64,000 nt of DNA from Anthoceros angustus (GCA_010909165.1 VJWM01000280.1:1-64000); one strand, 5' to 3'; shown: positions 22,993 to 35,993, numbered from the stretch's first letter. The notes: generated by a model from the sequence alone, not told the origin. Made by a program: numbers and translations.

Positions 22993-24988
22993 ATTCTCTC
23001 ATCACGAGATAATTAAAAAGTGGAATGTAGCCTTGAAATCGTTAACCCACGAGGGCTTTGGACAATGAGTGACTAAGCACAATGATTGTTTTTCAAGCGA
23101 AGAAGGAGGGCGACGGCCGAGAACGGCCGGTGGCCGTGAGGCCGAGACCGTTCTAGGCCGGCGCCCGACGCGCCCGCCTCGGTAGGGAGCGCCGAGTCTG
23201 GGGCCGAGACGCCAACTCGACCGCAGCATCGAGGCGGGAGCCGAGGTCTGTGAATCAGATAGACTTGGTGCCTAAACCACCCCTTATATGTCATTTCTCT
23301 CTCTCTTACATTTTCACTGCTCGTTTTTCGTTTTGAATCCTTTTACACAATAAAAGCATTACCTTTCACCGTAAGGTAATTCAAATGGTTTTGGTAAATT
23401 CTACTCATCTTCTATTGGAGTAGATGGAGTGTAAAATGGTTCTCGTGCCTTCTCTTGAATAGTACTTTTGAGCTGCTGATTGTATGGTCCGGATAAATGT
23501 ATAATCATTTGAATATTTCATCAAGCGAGAATATTTCATCAGCGAGAATATTTACGCAATTTAAACCATTATCGAATTCATATATAAAACATATTTGTTT
23601 TCCAACTTTAGTACTCACTCAAAGAGTGAAAACAACTCGTTTTGATTCTCCGATAACTACAAACAAAAAGTAAAAGTAATTAGTCATTTACCTCCATTTC
23701 AATTCGGAGAAGATCTTTCTTTGCATATACCTTTTCGACAAGCGTTAAACACGTCTTTGTGAAGATTTTACATCGCTGAAATGTGATCGTATGTTCAAGA
23801 AACATATTCATTAGAATTCATCTTGGAATGCAAGCGGATATTATCTTTCAACGATGTACCTTTTGAATATTTTCGTTGTCTCGGTTCTTCCATGAGAGAC
23901 AACAAGTCCGCTGCTTTCAACTCCTTATTTTCAATTGCTGCCCCTATCTCGCATTCAATGCATGTAATTACATTACATAGAGTTATATGAAAGAAAATAA
24001 GAAAGAAAGAAAGAAGTTATCGCTTTGCTTGGATCTCTGCATCGTCGAATGGGGTTGGACCCATCTTCATTCAAGATGGCTTTGCTCTTTTAGACTATGC
24101 TCCCAAATTGCGATACTTAGATTTAAAGTCTTCAAAAGTGGTGGATATTGAAAATTGCTCATCCACTTTCCAAACTCGTGAACTCTTGTGACGGCCCGTA
24201 AGTTGGTCCATTCTCCATGAAGTCATCTATTTTTCTTTTTGCACGATCAAAACCAAAATCATTAGTGTCTTAAACCAAAATCATATTAAAACAAATTAAA
24301 TACAAAATACATTTTGTGTAACGATTAGATGGCGCATTGTCAATGTTGTTGTCAATCTCATCGACTTTGTCCTTTATATTTTTATGCAGCGGCTTGTTTT
24401 TCCAGATTACATGTGCCAAGTTAAAGAAGGTAAATGTGAAGAAGCAAAGAAGGTATGAATGTTAATTTGATTACCTCGATCTTGCTGGATGGAACTTTGA
24501 TATCCCTCCAACATTGTTTGCATTGAAAATCGGTGTCCATTAAACCTTTCAACAAGTGTGTACGTTTCAGTTCAATTGAGTCATTGTTGAAGGTTCTTTT
24601 TATATCCTGGAATAAATTTAGGGTTAAGATTTTGGATTGAGCATACTTAGATCAGTTTATGAAATAGGAAAAGTGCTTACCTTCTTTATCTTATTCAATG
24701 GCGGGCATCTACAAAGATGCTTAAGGTCTTGTTTGTCCATCACAGAGAACATTGTGTGCTCATGAGGAAACCCAGGTTTTGTTAGACTCGACCAACGAGA
24801 ATATACAGGACTAACGCAATCATTTTCACGAATACCTTTTTCTACGATCTTTCGATCTCCAGTGGTGGTTCAAACTCTGCGTTAGCGTCATATCCTGGAT
24901 CCCCATGGGTGGGAAGTAATTTGTCTGAATGGCGCTCACAGGGTGGCGTCATGTGAGTTCTGTCTGCAGGGGGTTGGCACGATTGATA

Positions 24989-25029
24989 TAAGTAAAAGTA
25001 AAAGTAAAAGTAAAAGTAAAAGCAAAGTA
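24989..25029. repeat. (AAGTAA)n microsatellite
   Basis: TAAGTAAAAGTAAAAGTAAAAGTAAAAGTAAAAGCAAAGTAAG. Confidence 0.9.
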
Positions 25030-26049
25030 AGAAACGTATAATACAAGTAGCAATCAAGTACCTTCTTGGATTTGAAAATCGTTATTGCTTTCATTGTCAG
25101 ATTCCATCCTGATTCAAATGAAAAGCCATCGAATGCATCATAGAGGCCTCACAATCGCATGACAAAGGCATTGCGCAAGCGATGAGTTGAGCAAGGTATT
25201 ACTTACGTCCACGATACGTCGTTTCCGACGCTTCACGCGAATGGATGTTATTCAAACATTTAAAGCCGTCATTGACCATTGTCCAAAGTGGGCAAATGAC
25301 AAGAATATATCTATCCAAGGGTTTCTTTTCAATTCTCCCATCGATAATCCAAGATCGAATGTAAGTATCTTTTGATAAGGGTTCTAGGTTTGTGTTCCAT
25401 TGGACGTGCTAACTTTAATTTTCTCTGTGAGTAGGCTTGGTATGCAAAACTCCGGGTATCAAAGGAATGCTCTCAAAATATATGAAGACAATGGCGAAAT
25501 GGTCTTGATGGGTATTACACGAACAAGAGCGTGTAACGATGATTCTGTGGTGACCATGGCTCGGTGCCCTCGGATCTTGGCGAGCGTCAGCCACAAAAGC
25601 GATCTTTGGCGAGCGTCAGCACCGCGATGCTGGATTTTCAAGGTAGGATCTATTTGTTGATGCCGTCTGTAACTTGTTTATGCCTTCTATTGACATGATG
25701 TGTTCTCACAGACTGTGGACTTTGCAGGTATGACCGTTCGGGGCAAGCAAAACAGGCAGCTGCAGCCAGGGTTCTAGTTCCTGGTGAAAGAAGATCATAC
25801 AATGAGTTGCTCAATGAAGAACTCAGTCGGATGCGGGATGACTTGCGGGGTGTGCTTCCGTCAGTTGTTGTCAATGGGACTCCAGATATAGTTTTTTCCA
25901 GTCAGCCTGAAGATGTAAGTATTTTCTACCATGAAGGGAGTGATTTTCGCCTGGAGAAGATTATGATTCTACTTCTGTAAAGGATGCTGATGTTAAGAAT
26001 TTGTTGTGCATAGGCTTGTGCTCAATGTTGCCTACAAGTTCAGAGCGTA

Positions 26050-27612
26050 AGCATTCCATGAGTCGTTTTGGTTTTGAAGGTTTGTTTCTTTTAATCTTTC
26101 TTGATTGGTATTTGATTCTTTTTGTTGCTTTTTGTTGCAGTGTTGCCAAGTTACCACCACTATCCACCATGAAAGCGGGGCCCCTTTTGTCGACCTTGGA
26201 CCGGTTAGTATCTTCTGTTGTATTTTTGTCCTCCTTGGTTTGCACCCAATATTTCATGCAATGTTTGTTGTTGTTTCGGCATTGTGAAGCTTTGGAAGCT
26301 GTCAAGTGCGAGAAGTAGTGTTAAAGATCTTGATTGACAGCGAGACCAACTCACAGGTGTATTCAACATCGACATGTTGAAAAGGTTAAGTGTAAAGGTG
26401 GTTTAAGTTTTATCCTTCATTCTCTTATTGTGTTTGTCGATTCTATGTTTCTTTGGCGAGTATTACCACTAAAGATCTTCCACTAGTTTGATTTTCGGTC
26501 CTCGATTCAACATTGATGGTGCCCTAAGTGTGGTGGAGGTGATGCCTCCTCGGTTGGAGGCACAGCATTATGAGTCGTTTTGGTGTCGAAGGTTTGTTTC
26601 TTTTCTTCTTTTCTGATTGGTATTTGACTCTTTTTGTTGCTTTTTGTTGCAGTGTTGCCAGCTGTTACCACCCTTGCTATCCACCATGAAAGCGGGGCCC
26701 CTTTTGTCGACCTTGGACCGGTTAGTATCTTCTTTGTTTTCGTCCTCCTTGCTGGTTTGCACCCAATATTTCATGCAATGTTTGTTGTTGTTTGCGTTCC
26801 AGCATTGTGAAGCTTTGGCTCCAAGTGCGAGAAGTAGTGTTAAAGATCTTGATTGACAATGACCAACTCACAGGTGTATTCAACATCGACATGTTGAAAA
26901 GGTTAAGTGTAAAGGTGGTTTAAGTTTTATCCTTCATTCTCTTATTGTGTTTTATCGATTCTATGTTTCTTGGCGAGTATTAGCCCCACCACTAAAGATC
27001 TTTGTGTCGACCACTAGTTTGTGCATTTGGTCCTCAGTTCAACATTGATGGTGCCCTAAGTGTGGTGGAGGTGATGCCTCCTCAGTTGGAGGCTTTTGTA
27101 AGCATTTTATGAGTCGTTTTGGTGTCAAGGTTTGTTTCTTTTCTTCTTTTGCTGATTGGTATTTGACTCTTTTTGTTGCTTTTTGTTGCAGTGTTTTGCT
27201 ATTACCACCCTTGCTATCCACCATGAAGGGCCCCTTTTGTCGACTGGACGGTTAGTATCTTCTTTGTTGTATTTTGGTTCTCCTTGCTGGTTTGCACCCA
27301 ATATTTCATACAATGTTTGTTGTTGTTGCAGTTCCGGCATTGTGAAGCTTTGGAAGCTCCAAGTGCGAGAAGTAGTGTTAAAGATCTTGATTGACAGCGA
27401 GACCAACTCTTGGGTGTATTCAACATCGACATGTTGAAAAGGTTAAGTGTAAAGGTGGTTTAAGTTTCATCCTTCATTCTCTTATTGTGTTTGTCGATTC
27501 TATGTTTCTTTGGCGGTATTAGCCCCACCACTAGTTTGTGAGCATTTGGTTCCTCATTTCAACATTGATGGTGCCACAGGTGTGGTGGAGGTGATGCCTC
27601 CTCGATTGGAGG
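26050..27612. repeat. ~520-bp tandem repeat x3
   Basis: GCATT..ATGAGTCGTTTTGG at ~26051, ~26565 and ~27101; each unit ends GATGCCTCCTC..TTGGAGGC. Confidence 0.9.
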
Positions 27613-30324
27613 CCTGTGCCAAGTCATTGTGGTGAGACTTGAGCGGAAGTGCAACAGGGGAAGGATTGTGGAGACACCGCCTATAGCTTTGGATATGGTA
27701 GAGCGGCATGGGGTTGAGAAGGGTGGTTCAAGCGGTTTGAGCGGCGTCTTCTTGAGATTAGAGAAAGGAGAATGACGGGGAGAATCGAGAAAGGGAATTT
27801 CAACGGCAAGCAGTTTAGAATCATTGATTTGCAGCAAGCAGGTACAACCGAGTTTCCAAGCAAGAGAAAGCTTTGGAGATCCAAAGGAGAAAAATGTCGA
27901 AAGGAGGCAAGAGTATTTCAAGCAGGAAAAACTCAAGCAAGAGGAAAGCGAAATCAAGAGTGGGAAAGCGCAGCAAACTATTGACAATGTTACACTCCTC
28001 GCTCCACTTCCATCCATGGAAAACCATATAAAGCTGTAAGTTGATTTAATTGTTCCCTTGATTTTGATCGCTAATTTTACTTTAGTAGACTAAGACGGTA
28101 ATGTTTGATTAGGTTCTCAACTTTCGGAAGATGAAGAATTTCTCCAAAGCCCCGGGTTCATCAACTCGGCAAACTATGATAATGTTGGACAAGTTGCCCG
28201 GTTAAACCAAGTGGTCTTGGAAACTATGTCTTCAATCTCTACAATTGTACGATCAATTTTCCAAAATAAGGTGGGAATCTTTTCTAATGAACTTTTCTTT
28301 TGCGTCTATTCGAATCATCTAATTGGTTACAAGCCTAATTTACTTTGTATATGTAGATTTGTAATTTGAATAAGGAGGATCAACTATTCTGGTATTTTCT
28401 CTATTTTCTGTTATTTTGAATTCATGCAATTACGGATATACGAAACTTTGCAAAGATGATATTTCTTTGTTGGTTTTTGTATATCCCGGATCCGCATGAA
28501 TGGTACTTATGTAAGATGTTTCTTGCCAGTTAGCGATTGTGTTGGAATTACTAGGCCTCCACAGATTACAATCTACCATGGTATTTCAGCTGCACTTGCT
28601 ATTCACTTGGTGATCATTCTTTACCCTCTTGTTCTAGTTTTGATTTGGATGGTAAAATGTTTCCATTCATCGCGTTTTTACTCTATATTCACTTGGTTGA
28701 TCCATTCTTTACCCTCCTGTTCTAGTTTTGACTTGGATGGTAAAATGTTTCCATCCATCGATCTATGCTTTCTACTCTATTGTTACAATTTTCCACCTTA
28801 TTCGTAAAAAATTTTACCAATTGAAAAATTCTCTCTCTTCGTTTTACCCTTTTGGCCGAAAAAACCAATGGGCGGCGTCGAGGCCCCACGAGGGCCGACT
28901 TCGGATTCCACGGTGACCTTGAACCTTGACACCTTACGAGGGCTTGTCCAATGTTTATGAATATATGTAAGTCGCATCCCTCATTTATATACCCAAGTTT
29001 TCCTTGGCCCTTGGGAATCTTACGTGGAATTTTGCATCCGAAACCCCTAATTACCATGGGCCAAGGAACAATCATCCTTGGATTTCGTCATCCCTTTTTT
29101 TCCCCTTAAATTCGCCCCACTTCCTTGAGGTTGATTCCGTCCTTGGACTTTGGCCTCACAAATTTTTCCACAAAGTTCTTCTTTCTCGAGCGCCGGACGC
29201 CAAGAGTCCGCTAGCCTACTTCTGCGCCTCGGGGCCGTCTGGTCCTATTGGCGCACTCGGCACACCCGCAAGGCCAAGATGCACTGAGTCCGTCGGCCTA
29301 CCCGCAGTCGAGCCTCCCACTCCCCAATGCGGCGTTCTCTCGGCCCACGGTTTAGGGTTATCGGGCCTACCACTCCCGAGTCGCCCTTCCGCCCTCCCGT
29401 GAGACTTCTCACCGGTGAGTGCACGATGGCGGTGTCGTGCAATCCGACCACATGGCGTGAAGCTTGAGAAACCGCTTTTAATTTTTGAAAGTGTTTCGTG
29501 AAAGGGCCTATGTAAATTAGCCTACTTGTACCAAATATCAAAGGCTATCGATCAAGCTATGTTGGAGCTTGAAATGACAACTTGCATGCAGAGGCGAAGT
29601 CAACCAAGAACAACCTTTAGACTAAACCACATCCTTGTAGGCGGTGAAAACCAAGCGTGGGATGAAAACAATCACTACTATTCAAGTTTTGAAAAGGGTG
29701 GAGACCCCATTAAAAGCGTTGAGCGTTTTTAGAGGACTTAACTTTCTCGAAGCTCTTTTGCCCACCAAAATTTTCAAACCTCCTAGGAGCAAAGATTTGC
29801 ATAGTACTAAATTGCAATCAAGAATGTAGGTCGCTAGAATGAAGGTGGCGAGATAGTCTAAAATCTTATGTGAAACGAGTCATGTCCATGCACACGATGT
29901 TTGATTTAACGTAAGCAAAAATCTTGTCACTAAAGGGCGTGGGGCGGTCTTTTTCCAATCCATGAAGTCCATCGGCGTAAACCTTTAACTTGCATGGTCG
30001 GAGTGTGCATGAGTGTAAGTGTTGGGAATGCGTGTTGGATCTTGACCGTGGAATGCGATGCGGATGTATGGATGGGCGCGGGTCGGATGCATAGGATTCA
30101 AACATTGATGATTAATGGAGGAGTCTCTGGTCACGGCAGCTATATCGACTATGCGACGCGACATACTCCTCACATCATTCTTGGCACCGGGGACAAACAT
30201 TTGACCCCTTGCTTCCGCATAACAAATTTGGCCGTCATAATGCACATCTATTGATACATTTAATTTTACGTAGTGAGAAAAAGTCACGACCATCTGCATG
30301 CTAGTATGTGAGCACACAAATGAG

Positions 30325-31274
30325 CTATTTGATTGAAGGCAAGTTCACACGCAATCTAAGGCTCAATTCGAGCTCTTCCAAACAAAAATTCCCACTTTGC
30401 AAAAACCATGCGGTACTATAACGGATGCATGCGGACGCAAAAATCGGTAAGTGCTCTTGAGCGTACTCACCGCCACATTACATGCGTCGGCAATGCTCTT
30501 GAGAGCTGCAGTTCCCTCGAGATCTTACAGACCATGTATATAACTCGGCGGTGGGGAGCTTGGATATCAATTTTTGTTTTCCGAGGGCACTCACGAAAGA
30601 CAGCTCTACTTTCCTTGCGCATTTCGAGCACGGAACAAAGCAGTCTTGCAAAATCCTTGGGCGGATAGCTTTGGGCCGCGCGGCGGATTTCCTCGGGTCT
30701 GTGGCTCGTCATGCACGGCCCTCATTTCTAGGAGGTCCACCAACTTCCCAACAACCCCTGGTCAAGGCTATAGCTGCAGTACCCAAAGCCTCGTAGATTT
30801 CTTGCATTGACCGAGGAGTCCTTTCTTCTTTACAAGCCACGTACATAGCGGCACATCGTCTCTTCACAACTCCTTTTCTCAAGACCCTCGCCTTCTTGTA
30901 CAAGGAACTTGCCAATACACCGTGTTGTGCACAATTCTCATTCTTCTGCGAGCTCGAAATCCTATCAAAGGCGATATGTCGTGCCGTCATGAGTGGGAAC
31001 CCGTGCATTCGTGTTCCGTGTGGATGCAACCCATTTTTCCTTGCGCTAGTGCGGATGCAAGTGGTTAGGCCAGCATGGTCGAGCAAGTCATCCGTGTCGT
31101 GGGGCGTCCCACACGCTCCTTCTCCTCGTGCTCGGTGTCATTATCGAACTTCCTATATTCCAAGGTTTCGTCGACGTTCTTCTAACACTAGACCGCACCA
31201 CTGCAAAATCGCCTCGGACTGCTGTCCTCATAAATCTCTGTCTTTATCTTGCACTCTAGACATTTCAGCTCCAT
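30325..31274 (-). CDS. TFIIB: Intronless TFIIB-like gene, copy 1 (indels may be sequencing error)
   Basis: Zn ribbon CLEC...CGLVLEER, B-reader ETLEYR.F...ERVG, cyclin repeat 1 AFDRI...ASSLYKKA...AAMYVACKEERTPRSMQEI, repeat 2 PKDFARLLCSVL...VIYMV...SIADACNVAVSTLKSTYRFLRPHASVIVPAWF; stop after NLPSIK; ~950 bp. Confidence 0.88.
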
Positions 31275-31466
31275 ATTCTCGGTCACGAGATAATTAAAAA
31301 GTGGAATGTGTAGCCTTGAAATCGTTAACCCACGAGGGCTTTGGACAATGAGTGACTAAGCACAATGATTGTTTTCAAACAAGAAAGGATTCCACGGTGA
31401 CCTTGAACCTTGACACCTTACGAGGGCTTGTCCAATGTTTATGAATATATGTAAGTCGCATCCCTC

Positions 31467-31475
31467 ATTTATATA
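31467..31475 (-). promoter_or_regulatory. Candidate TATA box of the TFIIB-like gene (repeated in every unit)
   Basis: Minus strand GGGTATATAAATGAGGG, ~195 bp upstream of the ATG at 31274. Confidence 0.55.
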
Positions 31476-32044
31476 CCCAAGTTTTCCTTGGCCCTTGGGA
31501 ATCTTACGTGGAATTTTGCATCCCGAAACCCCTAATTACCATGGGCCAAGGAACAATCATCCTTGGATTTCGTCATCCCCTTTTTTTCCCCCTTAAATTC
31601 CACTTCCTTGAGGTTGATTCCGTCCTTGGACTTTGGCCTCACAAATTTTTCCACAAAGTTCTTCTTTCTCAGGGCGCCAAGAGTCCGCTAGCCTACTTGC
31701 GCCTCGGGGCCGGAGTCTGCCGTCCTATTGGCGCACTCCGGCACACCATGAGGCCAAGATGCCAGTCAGTCACACCCGCGATCGAGCCTCCCACTCCCCA
31801 ATGCGACGTTCTCGCCCCACGGTTTAGGGTTATCGGGCCTACCACTCCCGAGTCGCCGTCCTTCGGCCCTCCCGTGAGACTTCTCACCGGTGAGTGCGAT
31901 GGCATTGTCGTGCAATCCCGACCATCGGTGAAGCTTGAGAAACCGTTTTAATTTTTGAAAGTGTTTCGTAGAAAGGGCCTATGTAAATTAGCCTACTTGT
32001 ACCAAATATCAAAGGCTATCGCGGTCAAGCTATGTTGGAGCTTG

Positions 32045-33600
32045 AAATGACAACTTGCATGCAGAGAAGGCCAACCAACAAGAACAATCCTTAAGAGAAC
32101 AACGATGAAACAATCCTTAAGTTTTGAAACCAAGTGGGATGACAATCACTATTCAGAGTTTTGAAAAGGGAGCAACAGTACTAAAGCGTCAAGAATTTTT
32201 AGAGAACTCTTCTCAAAAGGATTTGCAAAAATTTTTCAAATTTAGTACAAGAATTGCAATAGGTGTGCACAATCTATGTCTATGAAGTGAAATCCACTAA
32301 AGGTAGTCGATGAAGTCATTTTTCCAATCCATGTGGATGCAAACCTTTAACTTTGTGTGCGGATGAAGTGTTATGCGTGGTGACGTCATGGGTGGGCGTA
32401 TGCGCGTGCTGGATGCATAGGATTCCATATTCATTTTAATGGAAACTGACGTTCTTCAATGCGACATACCTCACTCATTCTTGGTCATAAACATTTTATT
32501 ACATTTGGATATTTGACAAAGATAATAAAGTGGAATGTGTAGCCTTGAAATCCTATCAAAGGCTATCGTCAAGCTATGTTGGAGCTTGAAATGACAACTT
32601 GCATGCGAGAGAAGGAAAAGCGAAGTCAACCAAGAACAACCTTTAGACTAAACCACATCCTTGTAGAGGCGGTGAAAACCAAGCGTGGGATGAACAATCA
32701 TCCTTGGATTTCGTCATCCCTTTTTCCCCTTAAATTCGCCCCACTTCCTTGAGGTTGATTCCGTCCTTGGACTTTGGCCTCACAAATACTCTTTTCGAGC
32801 ATTGAACGCTACGCAAAAATGGGCTAATGCTCTTGGCGCATTTTTCCCGCACGTGCACGTCGCGGCTCTTGATATAACAACCCCCAAGGGCCAGTACGAG
32901 TTCTTCATTTTCTGAGACTTTCTTTTACGACTCCAAACATCAACTCCAAAAGTGGTGAAACTTGTAATTCCTCTGCATCCTTTTTCCTTTTAGCTTGAAA
33001 TCCTATCAAAAGCGAGTGCAGAACACCCCTGCATTTCGGATCACAACCTCTTTCCTTTGTGGATGCGGTTGCCAGTGGTCGTGAGTCATCTCTTTTCTAG
33101 GTCCACCAACTTCAACAACGTCACACTCATTATCGAATCCATTGACCGTCTTCTTCAAGACCACTCGCCATGTCACAACTCCTTTCTCGCCTTGCTTGTA
33201 TGCAACTTGCAAGTGTTGTGCCAATTCTCATTCTTCTCAGCTAAATCATCGCGGATAATGTAGCATGAGTGGGAACCCGTGCATTCGTGTTCCTGTGGAT
33301 GCAACCCATTTTCCTTTCAACGATGCGTGTTCTGTGAGCAATCATCCTGTACTCGTCACGCTCCTTCTCCTCGTGCTCTGTCATTATCGAACTTCCTATA
33401 TTCAAGGTTTTCGTCGTTCTTCTAACACTAGACCGCAGTGCAAAATCATCTCACGTCCTCATAAATCTCTTTATCTTGCACTCTAGACATTTTTCCATAT
33501 TCTGTCACGAGATAATTAAAAAGTGGAATGTGTAGCCTTGAAATCGTTAACCCACGAGGGCTTTGGACAATGGTGACTAAGCACAATGATTGTTTTTCAA
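32045..33600. other. Scrambled or degraded mosaic of array-unit fragments, including a decayed TFIIB copy at ~33000-33500
   Basis: Short array pieces joined out of order (e.g. ~32540 GAAATCCTATCAAAGGCTATCG; ~32695 GGATGAACAATCATCCTTGG) between low-identity tracts. Confidence 0.7.
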
Positions 33601-34109
33601 CGATTCCACAGTGACCTTGAACCTTGACACCTTACGAGGGCTTGTCCAATGTTTATGAATATATGTAAGTCGCATCCTCATTTATATACCCAAGTTTTCC
33701 TTGGCCCTTGGGAATCTTCGTGGAATTTTGCATCCCGAAACCCCTAATTACCATGGGCCAAGGAACAATCATCCTTGGATTTCGTCATCCCTTTTTCCCC
33801 TTAAATTCGCCCCACTTCCTTGAGGTTGATTCCGTCCTTGGACTTTGGCCTCACAAATTTTTCCACAAAGTTCTTCTTTCTCGAGCAGGGGCCAAGAGTC
33901 CGCTAGCCTACTGCGCCTCGGGTGAGTCTGCCGTCCTATTGGCGCACTCGGCACACCCATAAGGCCAAGATGCGAGTCCGTCGGCCTACCGCGATCGAGC
34001 CTCCCACTCCCCAATGCGACGTTCTCTCGGCCCACGGTTTAGGGTTATCGGGCCTACCACTCCCGAGTCGTCCTTTCGGCCCTCCCGTGAGACTTCTCAC
34101 CGGTGAGTG

Positions 34110-35555
34110 CGATGTTGTCGTGCAATCCCCCACCTGGCGGTGAAGCTTGAGAAACCGTTTTAATTTTTGAAAGTGTTTCGTAGAAAGGGCCTATGTAAAT
34201 TAGCCTACTTGTACCAAATATCAAAGGCTATCGTCAAGCTATGTTGGAGCTTGAAATGACAACTTGCATGCGAGAGAAGGAAAAGCGAAGTCAACCAAGA
34301 ACAACCTTTAGACTAAACCACATCCTTGTAGAGGCGGTGAAAACCAAGCGTGGGATGAAAACAATCACTACTATTCAAGTTTTGAAAAGGGTGGAGACCC
34401 CATTAAAAGCGTTGAGCGTTTTTAGAGGACTTAACTTTCTCAAGGAGAAGCTCTTTTGCCCACCAAAATTTTCAAACCTCCTAGGAGCAAAGATTTGCAT
34501 AGTACTAAATTGCAATCAAGAATGTAGGTCGCTAGAATGAAGGTGGCGGATAGTCTAAAATCTTATGTGAAACGAGTCATGTCCATGCACGATGGCGGTG
34601 TCGTGCAATCCCGACCACATGGTGAAGCTTGAGAAACCGTTTTAATTTTTGAAAGTGTTTCGTGAAAGGGCCTATGTAAATTAGCCTACTTGTACCAAAT
34701 ATCAAAGGCTATCGCGATCAAGCTATGTTGGAGCTTGAAATGACAACTTGCATGCGAGAAGGAAAAGCGAAGTCAACCAAGAACAACCTTTAGACTAAAC
34801 CACATCCTTGTAGAGGCGGTGAAAACCAAGCGTGGGATGAAAACAATCACTACTATTCAAGTTTTGAAAAGGGTGGAGACCCCATTAAAAGCGTTGAGCG
34901 TTTTTAGAGGACTTAACTTTCTCAAGGAGAAGCTCTTTTGCCCACCAAAATTTTCAAACCTCCTAGGAGCAAAGATTTGCATAGTACTAAATTGCAATCA
35001 AGAATGTAGGTCGCTAGAATGAAGGTGGCGGATAGTCTAAAATCTTATGTGAAACGAGTCATGTCCATGCACGATGGCGGTCGTGCAATCCGACCACCAT
35101 GGCGGTGAAGCTTGAGAAACCGTTTTAATTTTTGAAAGTGTTTCGTAGAAAGGGCCTATGTAAATTAGCCTACTTGTACCAAATATCAAAGGCTATCGCG
35201 TCAAGCTATGTTGGAGCTTGAAATGACAACTTGCATGCGAGAGAAGGAAAAGCGAAGTCAACCAAGAACAACCTTTAGACTAAACCACATCCTTGTAGAG
35301 GCGGTGAAAACCAAGCGTGGGATGAAAACAATCACTACTATTCAAGTTTTGAAAAGGGTGGAGACCCCATTAAAAGCGTTGAGCGTTTTTAGAGGACTTA
35401 ACTTTCTCAAGGAGAAGCTCTTTTGCCCACCAAAATTTTCAAACCTCCTAGGAGCAAAGATTTGCATAGTACTAAATTGCAATCAAGAATGTAGGTCGCT
35501 AGAATGAAGGTGGCGATAGTCTAAAATCTTATGTGAAGCGAGTCATGTCCATGCA
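34110..35555. repeat. ~485-bp sub-unit triplication within one array unit
   Basis: GATG..GTCGTGCAATCC ... GAGTCATGTCCATGCAC three times (starts ~34110, 34591, 35073). Confidence 0.9.
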
Positions 35556-35993
35556 CACGATGTTTGATTTAACGTAAGCAAAAATCTTGTCACTAAAGGG
35601 CGTGGGGCGACGAAGGTCTTTTCAATCCATGAAGTCCATCGGCGGCAAACCTTTAACTTTGCATGGTCGGGAGTGTGCATGAGTGTAAGTGTTGGGAATG
35701 CGTGTTGTGATCTTGGCCGTGGAATGCGATGCGGATGTATGGATGGCGCGGGTCGGATGCATAGGATTCAAACATTGATTAATGGAGGAGTCTCGGTCAC
35801 GGCAGCTATGTCGACTATGTGCGACGCGACATACTCCTCACATCATTCTTGGCACCGGGACAAACATTTGACCCCTTGCTTCGAAGCATAACAAATTGGC
35901 GTCATAATGCACGATCTATTGATACATTGAATTTTACGTAGTGAGAAAAAGTCACGACCATGCATGCTAGTATGTGAGCACAAGCACACTGAG

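Larger units (their letters stand above)
24010..28270 (+). pseudogene. Multi-exon gene or gene remnant of unknown function
   Basis: Open, GT-AG-bounded blocks: ~24400-24452 RLVFPDYMCQVKEGKCEEAKK; ~25190-25360 LSKVLLTSTIRRF...NSPIDNPRSN; ~25710-25915 CGLCRYDRSGQAKQAAAARVLVPGERRSYNELLNEELSRMRDDL; ~27820-28035 QEYFKQEKLKQEESE; ~28112-28270 SQLSEDEEFLQSPGFINSANY. A few in-frame stops occur. Confidence 0.5.
23101..28903. other. ~5.8 kb unclassified insertion in the upstream region of an array unit
   Basis: Array sequence stops at TTTTCAAGCGA (23100) and resumes at GGATTCCACGGTGACC (~28904); the two normally lie a few bp apart. Ends are GC-rich, the interior AT-rich; no TIR or TSD recognised. Confidence 0.75.

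Noticed and set aside
28860-28905. Helitron call for the 5.8 kb insert based on the terminal hairpin
   Set aside because: No 5' TC or 3' CTRR terminus, no clear A|T insertion site and no Rep/helicase fragment; left unclassified.
30325-31274. Giant-virus or archaeal origin of the intronless TFIIB
   Set aside because: The C-terminal ...IVPAWF tail and CGLVLE..IDET motif match plant TFIIB, and no viral genes are nearby; retroposition is simpler, though only a phylogeny can settle it.
34241-34540. 99-codon plus-strand ORF (MLELEMTTCMREK...) repeated in several array units
   Set aside because: Conservation simply reflects near-identical repeat copies; the start is TTG, the frame is broken in other units and no domain is recognised.
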